Notes: generated by a model not told the origin, from the sequence alone. DNA of 64,000 nt from Azolla caroliniana (GCA_043228905.1 JBHGNT010000011.1:7998001-8062000), one strand, 5' to 3'; positions 12,901 through 24,902 are shown, counted from the stretch's first letter. A program made the numbers and translations.

Positions 12901-14068
12901 CGAGAAGAAAGGGAAGGAGCACCTGGTATGCCGGTTGAAGAAGAGCCTTTACGGACTGAAGCAGGCTCCCCGGCAATGGTACCGGAAGTTCGACTCCTTC
13001 ATGACCGACGAAGGGTACCTCAAAACGCAGTCCGACCACTGCGTGTTTGTGAAGAAGTTCGAAGGAGGAGACTCCCTAATACTCCTCCTGTACGTGGACG
13101 ACATGTTGATCGTCGGACGGGACCAGGTCAAGATACGGATGCTGAAGAAGGCTCTTCACCGAACCTTCTCAATGAAGGACCTGGGTCCGGCGAGGCAAAT
13201 ACTAGGGATGCACATCATCCGGGACCGGAGCAAGAAGCAGTTGTGGCTGTCACAAGAGAAGTACGTGACAAAGGTGCTTCAACGGTTCAACATGTCGGAA
13301 GCAAGACCGGTCGGATCAACCCTACCGGCAAACTGCAAGTTGTCCAGCAAGCAAAGTCCCAAGACAAAGGCTGAAAAGGAGGATATGATGAAAGTGCCGT
13401 ATGCCTCAGCTGTCGGGAGCTTGATGTACGCCATGGTGTGTACGAGACCGGACATCGGATATGCAGTCGGAGTGGTGAGCCGGTACATGAGCAATCCCGG
13501 CAAAGAGCATTGGAACGCGGCCAAGTGGATACTCCGATACCTGAAGGGCACGGCAAACGTGTGCCTCCGATTCGGCTCCGGTAAGCCCGAACTCGACGGC
13601 TTCACCGATTCGGATATGTCGGCTGATGCAGATACCAGCCGGTCCACATCAGGGTATGTGATGACGTTTGCAGGGGGAGCTGTTTCGTGGCAGTCGAGGC
13701 TGCAGAAAACGGTTGCGTTGTCAACCACGGAGGCGGAGTACATGGCAGCTGTTGAAGCCGGCAAGGAAATAATATGGATGAAGGACTTCATTAGAGAGCT
13801 CGGTATCCGGCAAGAGGAGTACCGACTCTACTGCGACAGTCAGAGTGCCATCCACCTTGCGAAGAACGCAGCCTATCACTCCCGGACGAAGCACATCCAG
13901 CGAAGATATCACTGGATCCGGGAAAGGATAGAAGACAAGGAGTTCGTGCTGACGAAGATCCACACCGACGAGAACGGGTCGGATATGCTGACCAAGGTCC
14001 TCACACCCGACAAGCTGGAAGCATGCCGGAAGAGGGTCGGATTGGAGAGACATCCCATGCCGAAGTGA
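9995..14068 (+). CDS. Copia gag-pol polyprotein (gag, CCHC knuckle, protease, integrase, RT, RNase H), 1357 aa from the first ATG after the PBS
   Basis: CFHCGKPGHFRKNC; WVVDSGAS; WHKRLCH/CTDC; VHTD, DNGGEY, NGLAERMN; LYVDD; GFTDSD, STTEAEY, YCDSQSA; copia domain order. Confidence 0.97.
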   Translation: MEGGGSGQPMMMVLNAQNYADWKIKMEDLLIVRDLYEPIDRSEIPKGVLESEWKLLNRKAVATIRQYVDVSVLQHVANDTNAYEMWKKLSGLYERKNALNRTSLMRKIVNLKYRDGESMVEHVSTFMGFVNQLAAIKFPLEDAMQAIILMCTLPDSWENLVVTLSTSCTEDNLSLQTVKTSILNEEARRRDKEPASDPKMLLTESERGRHWNRSPQRREKSGTRSQSRGRPTCFHCGKPGHFRKNCRHYRKDNGADDTDSKKSPERNGAYRGATDRRGSDRRGQDRKGTTALAASEEEIMLITEERELNLAGVEMTWVVDSGASFHLTPEKKYFSSYTAGEHGCVRMGNEGTCRIAGIGDVWLTTPTGCKMLLKDVRHVPEVRLNLISAGRLDDEGYTGSIRNGVMKFSKGSLIVARARKVNTLYLMNAWLCPEELNVAADTAGELWHKRLCHMSEKGMKRLAEDNLIPVKHVHLEKCTDCLAGKQNRTSFHSRPPTRRSAPLELVHTDVCQVETKSHGGAQYFVTFIDDHSRKLWTAPLKTKDQVLSVFKELHARVERESGKKLKAIRADNGGEYRGQFQEYCRSKGIRLEFTVPKTPELNGLAERMNRTIMERVRSMLAHAKLPKGFWAEAMSTATYVINRSPSVPLDGDTPQRVWTGKEVSYRHLKVFGCLAYVHVAKDRRGKLDPKTRPCIFLGYGDDEFGYRVWDPVDKKIFRSRDIIFMEDKTLADWESEKKMKSSKSIGEDQLYEEQSRPARDRLTLEDPAEDGEETEPAEEDENDTGTGPDPEMDSDEEESEEPVTEAPERRYPLRERRAPRRFPEPEHVLLTDEGEPESFEEAKHDTQSRRWLSAMQDEMDSLHENHTYELVELPKGKRALRNKWVFKLKPGDAGNPPRYKARIVVKGFQQKKGVDFDEIFAPVVKMTSIRTVLSIAASMDLEVEQMDVKTAFLHGDLEEEIYMQQPEGFEKKGKEHLVCRLKKSLYGLKQAPRQWYRKFDSFMTDEGYLKTQSDHCVFVKKFEGGDSLILLLYVDDMLIVGRDQVKIRMLKKALHRTFSMKDLGPARQILGMHIIRDRSKKQLWLSQEKYVTKVLQRFNMSEARPVGSTLPANCKLSSKQSPKTKAEKEDMMKVPYASAVGSLMYAMVCTRPDIGYAVGVVSRYMSNPGKEHWNAAKWILRYLKGTANVCLRFGSGKPELDGFTDSDMSADADTSRSTSGYVMTFAGGAVSWQSRLQKTVALSTTEAEYMAAVEAGKEIIWMKDFIRELGIRQEEYRLYCDSQSAIHLAKNAAYHSRTKHIQRRYHWIRERIEDKEFVLTKIHTDENGSDMLTKVLTPDKLEACRKRVGLERHPMPK

Positions 14069-14078
14069 AGGGGGAGTT

Positions 14079-14698
14079 TGTTGGGATTACGGTCCCTTCG
14101 GATGGGATGGTCGGATATCGGAGATGAATGCCGACAAGCCCGGTTTCGGTTTCGGATCCGGATGACGAAGACCCCGGCTTCGGTGCCGGATGACGAATGT
14201 ACCCGAAGAGCGATCCGGATGCAGGGACATATCCGTGAATATGTTCGCTACGAGCCCCCTGAGGCTATAGTTGTAAATAGCCCAAAGTCATATAAGTATA
14301 AATATGACTTAGGGCAAACAGTTTTTCTGTTGCTTCTCATTTTTCTGTTTTTCCACTTTAGAGGAGTGAAGAGAGAGCAGCCGTGAGAGAGAGAAAGAGA
14401 GAGAGCGCGAGAGAGAAAGAGGTAGACGCCTCTGTGTATTTCCGCCGCCTGTGGCGAGGACAGCGAGCTCAAGGTCGTCGCCTTGGAGCTCGTCATTGTA
14501 TACTTCTCTGTATAGTGTTGTTTGGAGTCTTGTACTCCCGTGGTTTTTTCCCCGTTTAGGGTTTTCCACGTTAATCCTTGTGTACTCGCGTTTCTTCGTT
14601 TTGTTTCTACGTGTGTTTCCTATTTTCTGCTCCATTGATCCGCGATTAATCGGTTGTGGCCGAGATAAGAAGGTGGAGAGAAGCGTCAATTCTCAACA
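14079..14698 (+). repeat. 3' LTR of intact copia
   Basis: Copy of 9346-9965; followed by TSD TGAGC. Confidence 0.97.
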
Positions 14699-14830
14699 TG
14701 AGCTTGAACATGCTTCCGAATGACTCTTCCATTTTTTTCAATGTTTAGAACCTCGCTTTGATACCAGTTTGTGTGGAATGGGGCTCGGCCACAACCGAGT
14801 CTTAAACACTTAATGGAAGAAAGAAAGAGC

Positions 14831-16438
14831 CTCCTTCATCTTTCGGACCGACCCCGTATGCTCGTCTCGCCACTCGAATTTTCGCCCCTTTTTCAGCAAC
14901 CCGTATAGCGGCTCGGCAACGTGGGCGTAATGCGGGATCCATATGTGGTAGAACGTGCATGCTCCCAAGAACCTCCGTACCTCCGTGACCGAGTTACAGT
15001 CGGGCTTCATTGCGGATATGGCTTCTACCTTAGCAGGAGACGGTTTCCGACCATACGGTCCGCATAGATGTCCGACGACCATGATCTCAGATTGCCCGAA
15101 GGCCGATTTCTCCCCGGAGAAGGTGAGCCTCGTGTCCTCTAGCCTTTGCAGCACCCTCTCGCAGTCGTCAACGTGTGTCGTCACGAATTTCAGGCATCCG
15201 TCCGGTCCGATCGTTTCGTCCTTTTCCTCCACCGGACATCCCTTGATCGGGATGTCGTCCAAGAATGGCATGGTGATGTCCGGTATACAATCCCTCAGCA
15301 CCTTGTTCATCGCATTCACCATGTGGGCCACCCAGTTCGTCCCTCCTTGTGGTAGGGTACACATCCGCACTAGGCCAAGAGGAGTCCGCATCGTCGTAAT
15401 GTCTCTGCTCTCTACGGCTAGTTGGAACTGTTCGTACCCCGAGTACAGATCACCGACCGAGTAGATTGACCTTCCGGCGAAGGCCTCCGCGAACTCGTCT
15501 ATCGTTGGTCCGATTCCTGCGTTCCGAATGGTCACTCTGTTGACCGGTTGCAGGTCTTGAATGAAGTGCAACGTCCTGTTCTTCTTCGGTACGGTAAACC
15601 ACCGGTTCGAGTACGGGGCACTCGACGGTTCGAGGATGCCCATATCGACTTTCTGCCTCAACAGCTCCATCAGCTCCGGGATGTGAGCTCTCGGTACCGG
15701 AATTGGTTTGAGATTCCACGGCACATCCGGTATCGTGAATATCACCATCGGCTTCACGACTGTCGGGTCTACGCACCCGATCTCTTCCGGTGAGAATGCG
15801 AAGGCTTTCCCGTGCCTTCTGAGCATTCTCCGAAACTGGTCTTCTTCCGCCGACAGTAGGAACCCGCCCCCACCGATTTTGAGCTCCCGTAGCATTCTGT
15901 CGGTGAAGGTGTGTCCTATGCAGGCCGGATCTCGTAAACTGGGGTCCGATGCGACCCCCTTGATTCGCAACTCACTACCCTCCGGTAAGGGTGCTGCGAC
16001 TGGCCTTACCTTCCAGTCCACAGTCTTGTACTTCGTGTTAACCCGGGCCGTCCGATCCGACTCGAGCCCCCGACTGAAGTCCGCGATGACTTCATACATC
16101 TCTTCTGAATAAACCGGTACCGTCCGGTCCTCTTTAAGGCCCTCTCCAACCACCTCTCGCAGTATTCCCAAGGTATCGTCGAAGGAGACCGCCTCCACGG
16201 CTCCGTTGATTTCCTCGCTGGGCCCGAGAACTCCGCACGCCCGAAGTCGCTCTTCCGCCCTTGTCTTTTCTCGGCCAACGACGCCGACTATCGTACACCC
16301 TCCGTTGTCGGAGAAACAAAACTTCCTACTTATGGTACAAGGTTTCTTCGGTTTCGCCTCTATCGTACATTTGTGGGGTTTTCCCGGAGTGTCCGGACTA
16401 TCGTGGCCCCACGCCTTGACAACCCTCTCTAAAAATCC
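14831..16438 (-). pseudogene. pol: Gypsy pol (RT), -1 frame relative to ORF1, truncated
   Basis: VPKKN, QDLQPVN, DLYSGYEQF, LPQGGTN, FLDD and VRRFLG motifs, open reading frame until the deletion junction. Confidence 0.9.
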
Positions 16439-18555
16439 TCTCGGTTCTCGCCTCCGAGGGACTCGCGGTTTCGCTCGTGGTTCGGTCGCATCGTCAGGAA
16501 CTGGACCGAATGACGCCCGTCCTGACTCTTGACCCTCGCGTAAGCCGACCCGTTGTCCAGCACCCTGGTCTCCATCCGTGCTGCCGTAATGTACGGTTCT
16601 CCCAGTATGACCGGGTGCGAGGACGTCTCCTGCACAAAGAAGTGCTGGTCTATCTCGACGTCGCCGATCTTGACTCGCACGTTTGGGCAGGCCCCGTGTA
16701 GTTCTTCGGTGGCGCGCGTCGCCGCCCGTATCTTCCACCCGTGCTTGGTGTTGATCGGCCATTTCCCCTTCTTGTAGAAGTCCATGGACATCAGGTTTAT
16801 TTCCGAACCGTGGTCCACCAGCGCCACCACCGGTTCTTGAACATCTCCGATCTTCACCGGGGTTTCCGTGGTCGCTCGGGCCCAGGGCGGCCTCGAATAG
16901 TGGCTCTCCGCCCACTCGTCTTCCAGCGCCATGTCCTTTATGTGCGTCGTCCGCACCTCCACCGGCCTTTTCGGTTCTGTCTCCGTCGACAGCCTCTTCC
17001 TCTTCACCAAGTCTACGATGGAGTCGTGGAACTCCTTCTTGGCGATTCCGAGCACCTCCCGCAACGACAGTTCCACCTTGCTGTCGAGGATTCGTTCTTC
17101 CAGGACCTTTCGTAGGTCCGTGGTCCTTTCGATCTCCGTGCCCAACCGATATCCGCCCTTCTTGTGGTTATCCCGGGCACTGGTCTCACCGACCTCGTTC
17201 CGTTTCGGCCTGAATCGGGTTTCGTATCTCTGTGAGGGTCCGGCCCCTCCGGTTTTACCTACCCGTTTGTCTTCAACCAGAGCCTCGTAGTTCTGGCAAG
17301 CTGCTTCGACGAAACCCGTCTTTTCTTCGACCGGGTCACTCCACCCGGTTACCTCCTGGACCCACTTCTCCGCGCGGTCCGCCTCGTCTTTCCTTAGTCG
17401 GGCACCGACGAGGCCTTCCAGCATCGTCGGCCAGAACCCGGCTTTGCTCTCCTTCCGGGCCTCGCTGCCTCTGACCCGAATAACGGCTGACGCCGAGTAG
17501 TGGACGGTCTCCGCATGCCGGGCCGCCGCCTCTTCCATCAGCCTTTTCATTCCTCCTTGCCCGTCGTTTCGGTTCAGGGCCCTCCGGGTATCATTGGCGT
17601 GCACCCGACCTTCCCACAGGTACACTACCCGGCTTCTCAACGCCTCCGCAAAGTCCCCGCAGTCTTTCCGGATGTGGCCGACCTCGTCGCACCACATGCA
17701 CCTATTTCCTGCCGGAGGCTGTCGGTCACGAGCCTGTTCGCCGCCTTCCCTCCGAGCCTGGGCGATTTGGAGATCCTTTACCGCTCGTGTAAACTCCTCC
17801 AAAGCTGTTCCCCTGGACGAGCCTCTGACCACGCCGGTCGAAGCCGAACCGGTTTCGAGCCACTCCCGGGTCTCTTCCCTTCGCGCCTGTGGTATCGGTT
17901 CGAGCTTCCTTGCTGCGACAGGACCCGCCCCGGTCACCCCTGTATCAACCCACTCCCACCGTTTGTCAAAACGGCCGCAGACTCTTTTTACCACGGCCCA
18001 GTTGGCCGTCAGCCCGTCTTCGGTTTCCAGTAAGGAGCCCACTTGCTCCCGATCCCGTGCGTCAACCGATTTGACAAACAGTAAGACACGACTTGTGTCC
18101 AGAACGGTCCGATCGAGCGCCGAAAGGCGCGCAAAGCGTTCCTCAAACTCCCGGAGGAGTACCGACGCATTTCTTCCTTTGTCAGGGGACTCCACCCACT
18201 CCATGAAGCCCCGCTTCGAAAGTCGAAGCGCGTCATCCAACCCGTATTTCTCCAGGAGCCGTCCTTTGAACTCCTCCCACGTCCGGCTCTCCGCCCGGAC
18301 CTCGAGCACCTCCGCATGGATGCCCGGCATCGCCACTCGAGGGAATCCGGCAAGACGCCTCTCTTCCGGAATATCCCTCATCAACATCTCCGCTCGGTAG
18401 GACGCCAAATAACTCGTGGCATCCTTTCCACTGAACCGGCCGATCGTACTGACGATCGCCTCAATAGCCCTATCAAGGGCGTTGGTGCCCTCGCGCGCGC
18501 TCACTAACCGGTCCACGGCCGAAGCCATGGCATCTGCAAGATCCGACCCCCTCAT
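16429..18555 (-). CDS. gag: ORF1: gag (CMWCDEVGHIRKDC knuckle) plus aspartic protease (VDHGSEIN)
   Basis: Uninterrupted ~708-aa ORF starting at the ATG 23 nt after the PBS; retroviral-type protease motif near its C-terminus. Confidence 0.85.
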   Translation of the reverse strand: MRGSDLADAMASAVDRLVSAREGTNALDRAIEAIVSTIGRFSGKDATSYLASYRAEMLMRDIPEERRLAGFPRVAMPGIHAEVLEVRAESRTWEEFKGRLLEKYGLDDALRLSKRGFMEWVESPDKGRNASVLLREFEERFARLSALDRTVLDTSRVLLFVKSVDARDREQVGSLLETEDGLTANWAVVKRVCGRFDKRWEWVDTGVTGAGPVAARKLEPIPQARREETREWLETGSASTGVVRGSSRGTALEEFTRAVKDLQIAQARREGGEQARDRQPPAGNRCMWCDEVGHIRKDCGDFAEALRSRVVYLWEGRVHANDTRRALNRNDGQGGMKRLMEEAAARHAETVHYSASAVIRVRGSEARKESKAGFWPTMLEGLVGARLRKDEADRAEKWVQEVTGWSDPVEEKTGFVEAACQNYEALVEDKRVGKTGGAGPSQRYETRFRPKRNEVGETSARDNHKKGGYRLGTEIERTTDLRKVLEERILDSKVELSLREVLGIAKKEFHDSIVDLVKRKRLSTETEPKRPVEVRTTHIKDMALEDEWAESHYSRPPWARATTETPVKIGDVQEPVVALVDHGSEINLMSMDFYKKGKWPINTKHGWKIRAATRATEELHGACPNVRVKIGDVEIDQHFFVQETSSHPVILGEPYITAARMETRVLDNGSAYARVKSQDGRHSVQFLTMRPNHERNRESLGGENREDF

Positions 18556-18577
18556 CTTCTGCTCCTCTGCCGCCTTG

Positions 18578-18595
18578 TTCACGTCGGGTTCACCA
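18578..18595 (-). promoter_or_regulatory. Primer-binding site complementary to tRNA-Trp 3' end
   Basis: TGGTGAACCCGACGTGAA 4 nt after the LTR; matches the 3' end of plant tRNA-Trp as I recall it (TTCACGTCGGGTTCA-CCA); second copy at 31338-31355 with one mismatch. Confidence 0.8.
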
Positions 18596-21500
18596 AAGAT
18601 GTCGTGTTACTACGCGCGTGCGTGGAGAAACGAGGCGGGACCACCGGGGTCTTGAACTAAAGAGCAGGTGATAGAAGGGGAAAGAGAAAGAGAGAGACGC
18701 TCGGTTACGTATGAGCAAAGAAACACAGGGACACGGCCCTGTCAACGCAGAAGGCACGAATGGACACAGAGACAGAGAGACACGAATGTTTGTATATTAA
18801 TGAATGACAAATAAACAACAGAGCACGCGAACGGTTACAACCGAACAGGCCGACGAATAGATGCCGATGCCTGCTCGTCTGCGCACAAAAGGGGATAGGA
18901 TGGAGGTGCTGCCGGAAGCACACGGGCGTTCCTCGAAGTAGCGCGAGCCTCCCGAAAACCTGCAGAGAAGAGCGATGGAGAACGAACAGAGGAGAAGCGT
19001 TCAGTTTCGGTCCGACAGCACTTCGTCCTCCTCAATGCGCGATCCCCTCTCCCCGCATCTCCCTCTCTTTTATAGCTTCAAGAAGGGAGCCGTTTCCCTC
19101 ATTAACTTCCTACCTACCGAATCTAACTACCTAGGATATTCCTTGGTACCTAATTCTCTATTATATACATTAAAGGGCGCACACGCGTGAAGAGCCGGTT
19201 CACGTGCGCTATGCACCGATTGCGCTAAGGGACGGTTTTCTTCACGACAGCGTGAGGGCACAGGTGCCCTCGATAGGGCCATCGAAGCAATTGTTTGTAG
19301 AATAGGCCGGTTCGGTGGGAAGGATGCCATGAGCTATCCGGAGGCCTACCGAGCCAAAATGGTAATGAGGGACATTCCGGAGGACAGGCAGCTGGCTAGA
19401 TTCCCTTGGGTGGCAATGCCAGGCATCCACGTGGAGGTGCTCGAGGTGCAGGCTGAGTGCCGGACCTAGGAAGAATTCGAAGGTCGGATCCTGGAGAAGT
19501 ACGGGCTTGATGACATGCTTCGACTATTGAAGTGGGACTTCATGGAGTGGGTGGAGACACTTGAAAAGGGGAGAAACGCATCGGTGCTCCTCCGGGAGTT
19601 TGAGGAACGCTTTGCACGGCTCTCGGCACTGGACAAGACCATACTAGATACGAGTCGGGTTCTGTTGTTCGTAAAAGTTGTGGACGTGCGGGATCGGGAG
19701 CATGTGGGTGTCCTGCTGGAGACAAACGATGGCCTGACGACCGACTGGGCCGTGGTGAAAAGGGTCTGCGGCTGTTTCGACAAATGGCGTGAGTGGGGCG
19801 ACAAGGGCTGATCGGGGGCGGGATCTGTTGCGGCAAGAAAGCTCGAGGGACCCCCGCCAACGCGAAGGGAGGAAACCCAAGATTGGCTTGAGACAGGCTC
19901 GACATCAACTAGTGTGGTCAAAGGCCCATCCAGAGGAGTGGCTCTGGAAGAGCTGACGCAGATAGTACGAGACCTCCAGATTGCACAGGCAAGGAGGGAC
20001 GACGGCGAGCGGCCTTGCGATCGAAGGCCTCCGGCTGGGCATTGGTGCTTGTGGTGTGACGCGGTCGGTCACATTCGGAAGGACTGCGGGGACTTTGCGG
20101 AAGTGCTCAAGGCTAACGTGGTGTACATGTGGAACGGGCGGGTGCATGCTAGCGAGACCCGGAGAGCCCTGGAGTTGAACATCGGACGCAGAGGAATGAA
20201 GTGGCTGATGGAAGAAGTGGCGGCGCGCCATGCGGAGACCATCCACTACTCGGCGTTGGCAAGAATCCGGGTCAGGAGTGACGAAGGCCGGAGGTCGAAG
20301 GACTCCGGGTTCTGGCCGTTGGTGCTAGAAGGCCTCGCCAGCGTGCGGCTGAAGGAGGAAGCGGACAACGCGAAAAGGCGGGTCCGGGTGTCAGGAACAA
20401 TACTAAGACAGAGAAGGAATTAGTACTAAAAGAAGTATTAGTACTAAGAGAGGTGAAGAACTCTCGAGAGAAGGAAAGAGTGAGTGAGAGGGAGGGAGAG
20501 AGAGATTGAGAGAGAGAGAGAGTGATGATAAGAAAAGATATATATTATGTGAAGAAAATGTACAGTAGCAAGGAGGCTTAAGACTGGCGTTGAACCGATT
20601 TGGTTCGAAATAATGCCTTGTGCCTCCTTTTATAGTGTTCTAAGGAATACTCCTGAAGTTTCTAGAATGTTCCAGAGAAATCTGGAATATACATCAATTT
20701 TCTATAATAAAACATAAATGAAAATAATATTTTATGTATTACAATGTATAGTCTAATGGTCAAGAGCTCGACCCATGTAGCATAAGGTCATGGCTTCGAG
20801 TCTTGCCATATCATGACACTATCCCCCCTTTAAAATGACGAGTGTAACGAGTCATTTTGGATTGAGGACTCGGTTTGTCTGGATATTGATGATGGAAGTC
20901 TTCAAGAAGAGCACGAGCATTGGTGACATTCTCTATCGGTTCCCAAGTACGCTCGTTGGGACTATATCCTAGCCAATCGACTAGATAGTAGAGCTTGTTG
21001 CGAACAAGCTTGGAATCAAGGATGGCGGCAACCTCGTACTCAGGTCCATCTTCAAGCTCGATCGGGGGTGGAGGCATTGTAATACGTCCTGAGATGGTGC
21101 TCTCTTGATAGGGTTCGAGGAGAGAACTATGAAACACCGGATGTATCCATAGTCATGGAGGTAGATCAAGACGAAAAGCGACATCATTAATCTTTCCTAT
21201 AATACGGAAAGGACCTAATCGCCGATAATCCAACTTCTCGCATGGGCGAGTAGTCTTGATGTGTCGTCGGAGTAGCCATACCCGATCTCCAATGTTAAAA
21301 CTAGATGGGAGTCGATGACAATCCGCATAAACCTTGTGTGTTTGTTGAGCTTGTTGGAGATGAGTAGATAAATCTGCTTGTATCTTGCGTAACCTCTCCA
21401 AACGATCCTCTGCGCAAGGATTTGTGGACACCTCTAGGGTTTCGAGTACACACCATCAGGGGTGACATCCCGTATAAGCATAAAATGGCGTAACTTTAGT

Positions 21501-24500
21501 GGATGCGTGGATGGAGTTGTTATAGGAAAATTTGGTGAAGTGGAGAATATCTGCCCAGTCATCTTGATGATAGCTGAGAAAGCACCGCAGATACTGCCCC
21601 AATGTTTGATTGGTTTGTTCGGCTTGGCCGTCGGTTTGTGGGTGGTAGCCGGAGGAGAGGTTACAAGTGACCTTGAGCATGTTAAAAAGGTGCTTCCAGA
21701 ATTTTGACACGAACTAGGGTCCACGGTCGCTGATGATACTATCGGGAAGTCCATGATGCCGACATACTTCACGCATGACAATTTCGGCAGTGTCTTCACT
21801 GGAGATCTCCTTAGTACATGGCAAGAAATGAGCCATCTTCGTATATCGATCGACCACCGTTAGAATCGCATTGAACCCCGTAGAGAATGGAAGATCTGTG
21901 ATGAAGTCTAGAGCAATGGATTGCCACGGCTTGCTTGGAATTGGTAATGGTTCTAATAAACCATATGGATGATGCCTTGGCATTTTCGCTCTGCAGCATG
22001 TATCACAAGTCCGAACAAAATCCTCGACAAATTGTCGCATGCAAGGCCACCAGAATGATTGTTGTACTAAATGTAATGTTTTAGTACTACCAAAATGCCC
22101 AGCTGTATATGTGTCATGACAGTTTTGTACTACTTGAAGGCGGCAAGAACCATTAGGAACATACAAAAGTTCTTTAAAGAAGAGTAATCCATCATGGTAT
22201 TTGAATTGCCGATAGTCCGTACCTGGTGGTTGCGACTGTGAACACGATGCTCGAGAGGGATCAATTTGTGCTAGTATAGCTTGGGCGAACGCATCTGTCT
22301 TCAAGTCTTCGCGTATGGTATCAATAACGCGGGAATCCATGGGCATGTCAAAGATCTGTGTTGCTTGTAGTCGTGCTGGTCCCAAGATGACTTGTTTTTG
22401 GTTATCGAAAGTTGGCTCGCTGGGACGGGGTGCTAGATACGAACATCGTGATAACGCATCTGCCTTCCCTTGGTGCTTCCCCAGACGATATGTAATTTTG
22501 AAGTCGAAACGCGTGAGGAAGTGGGCCCACCGAGCTTGACGTCGATTCAACACACGAGCATCCTGAAAGTAGGCAAGGTTCTTGTGGTCACTAAATACGG
22601 TGACCGGATGAGAGGATCCCTCCAGAAAATGCCTCCATTGCATAAAAGAATCCACTATTGCCAATAGCTCCTGATCATGAATTTCATAGTTGATTTCAGC
22701 AGCATCAAACTTGCGTGAGTGAAAAGCCACAGGATGTAGCTTCTCATCATTCCCTTGTTGTGACAGAATGCTCCCCAATGCAAAATCCAATGCGCCAGCT
22801 TCGATAATGAATGGTCTTTCCGGATCGACATGAGCTAGAATTGGAGCCGATGTAAATGCCTTTTTAAGACTCTCGAAAGCCATGTCCGTTTCTTCAGACT
22901 AGATGAACGGTTGTCCCTTCCTGGTAAGTTGTGTGAGAGGTAGAACGATCTTTGAGTAATCTTGTATGAACTTTCGGTAAAAATTGGCAAAGCCTAGGAA
23001 GCATTGCACATCCCGCACCAAATGCGGAGTCTGCCATTCTACCACCGTTTTGACCTTAGCTGGGTCCATGGAGATGCCTTCTGACGAAATGATGCAGCCG
23101 AGAAATTCCACTTGGTTGCACCCGAAACTACATTTTTCCAGCTTTGCATACAGACCATGTTCTCGAAGTCGTTTTAGTACTAATAGTACATGAGAATCAT
23201 GTTCTTCTTGGGTCTTTGAATAAATCAGTAGATCATCCAAATAGAGGATCAAACAATCATCCAATAGATCTCGGAATATATCATTAGCCATGTGCTGGAA
23301 GACTACCGACGCATTAGTGAGGCCGAATGGCAAGACCGTATACTCGAAGTGTCCATATCTGGTGCGAAACGCGGTCTTCCATTCGTCTCCTGGTCGGATC
23401 CGTACGAGGTTATATGCTCCCCGTAAGTCGATCTTCGTGAAGAACCTGGCACCATTGATCCGTTCTAAAAGACTTGAGATAAGGGGAAGAACATACCTAT
23501 TCCTGATTGTAACCTTATTCAGGCCACGGTAATCTACAACGAGACGAAGCGATCCATCCTTTTTCTTGACGAACAAAAAGGGCATGCTAACTGGAGATTT
23601 CGAATGCCGAATGAAACCATTTTCCAAATTCTCCTCTATATAGGCCCGAAGGACTTCCAACTCGGTTGGTGACAAATTGTAGATCGGTCCCGATGGCGGC
23701 TCTTTTCCCGGTTGTAAATCGATGGGGCAATCGTACGGTCGATGATGAGGAAGTGTGTTGGCTTGTACTTTATCGAACACATCAGCGTAATGACGATACT
23801 TCTCGGGAAGTTGTACAGTGGATTCTTCTTTAATGGTGCTGGAGGGGTTTACTGATATTGCAAAGAGGAACATTTCCTCCTTGCGCCCTTCTTTATGCAA
23901 CTGACGTAGCGAAATGGTTGCCATCTTCTGAGTTGACCCTTGGGTTTGTCGACACCGGATTTCTCTTGTTCTCCAATTTATATCTGGGTTATGTAACTCG
24001 AACCATGGTAATCCTAAAACTATGGGATGTTCTGGGATACTAATAATATTAAATGATACTACACATGCTAAGTTATCTAGGACAATATTAATGGGCTCTA
24101 ACTCTTCTATGATATTTCCGGAAGCAATGGGACGTCCATCAATGACTACTACAGAGGCTGGACATTGGAGTTTTCTTAGGGATATCTTATGAGCTTGAGA
24201 AAATTTCTTATCCATAAAGCAAGAGTTAGCTCCGGAATCTAGGAGTGCTAGGACATGTACTAGAGGGGTACTTTTAGTACTAAAACACCTTTGCATTCAC
24301 AAGTGGAAGGATTGCGCATTCCACTTATAGATTCCTTTTATAATCTTGTGATTTTAGACAATTTCCAAAAACTTGATACACTAGTATCACATGTTTTAAA
24401 TAGCATGTAAATTTGGCTAATTTTTTGAGATTTAACAAATTTCAAAATGATAATTTCTAAAATTGAATAGTTTAGGGATAATGTTTAAATGTTGATGGTT

Positions 24501-24902
24501 TGCAGATATGAAATGTAGTTAACTTAAAGAAAATCACAATTATGGTCAACTGAAGGCATAGGTTAAGATTAATGGTTTCACCGTCTTGAGAAGATTAAGG
24601 TTACATCTATTGTTAGACTTGAAAATGTTTTAAGTATAAAAGGTAATATTACAATCCTTAATGTCATCATCTATAAATTAGTGCTCATTAACATCCATAA
24701 ATTCACAACTCAAGAAATGTAGACAATATTTATAAACAATTTTGATAAATCCACAACTCTTAAAATGTAGACGATATTCATAAATTGTCAAACTTTAGAT
24801 GTGAACATTAATATATCAATTTGAACATAACACATAGTTATCAAGGTATCTACAATGTTATAATCTCCTTCCTTATAAGAATTCCCCTTCAAAATTTGTG
24901 AA

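Larger units (their letters stand above)
9346..14698 (+). mobile_element. Apparently intact, very young Ty1/copia LTR retrotransposon (Tnt1/Tork-like)
   Basis: 620-bp LTRs 9346-9965 and 14079-14698 with no difference seen by eye; TSD TGAGC (9341-9345 / 14699-14703); PBS TGGTATCAGAGC 9969-9980; PPT GAAGGGGGAG before 14079; single uninterrupted ORF. Confidence 0.97.
5420..14830 (-). mobile_element. Decayed Ty1/copia element (same subfamily as 53392-58847), truncated at both ends; hosts a solo LTR and the intact copia
   Basis: Minus-strand gag/PR/INT/RT fragments at 5420-9345; gag start, PBS (GCTTTGATACCA, ~14754-14765) and partial 5' LTR resume at 14704-14830; 3' LTR and RNase H missing. Confidence 0.9.
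14831..19249 (-). mobile_element. Trp-primed Ty3/gypsy element, copy 1 (3'-truncated after RT)
   Basis: 5' LTR 18600-19249 (TGTCGTG...CACGACA); PBS 18578-18595; open ORF1 and RT; RNase H, integrase and 3' LTR lost at the ~14830 junction. Confidence 0.9.
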
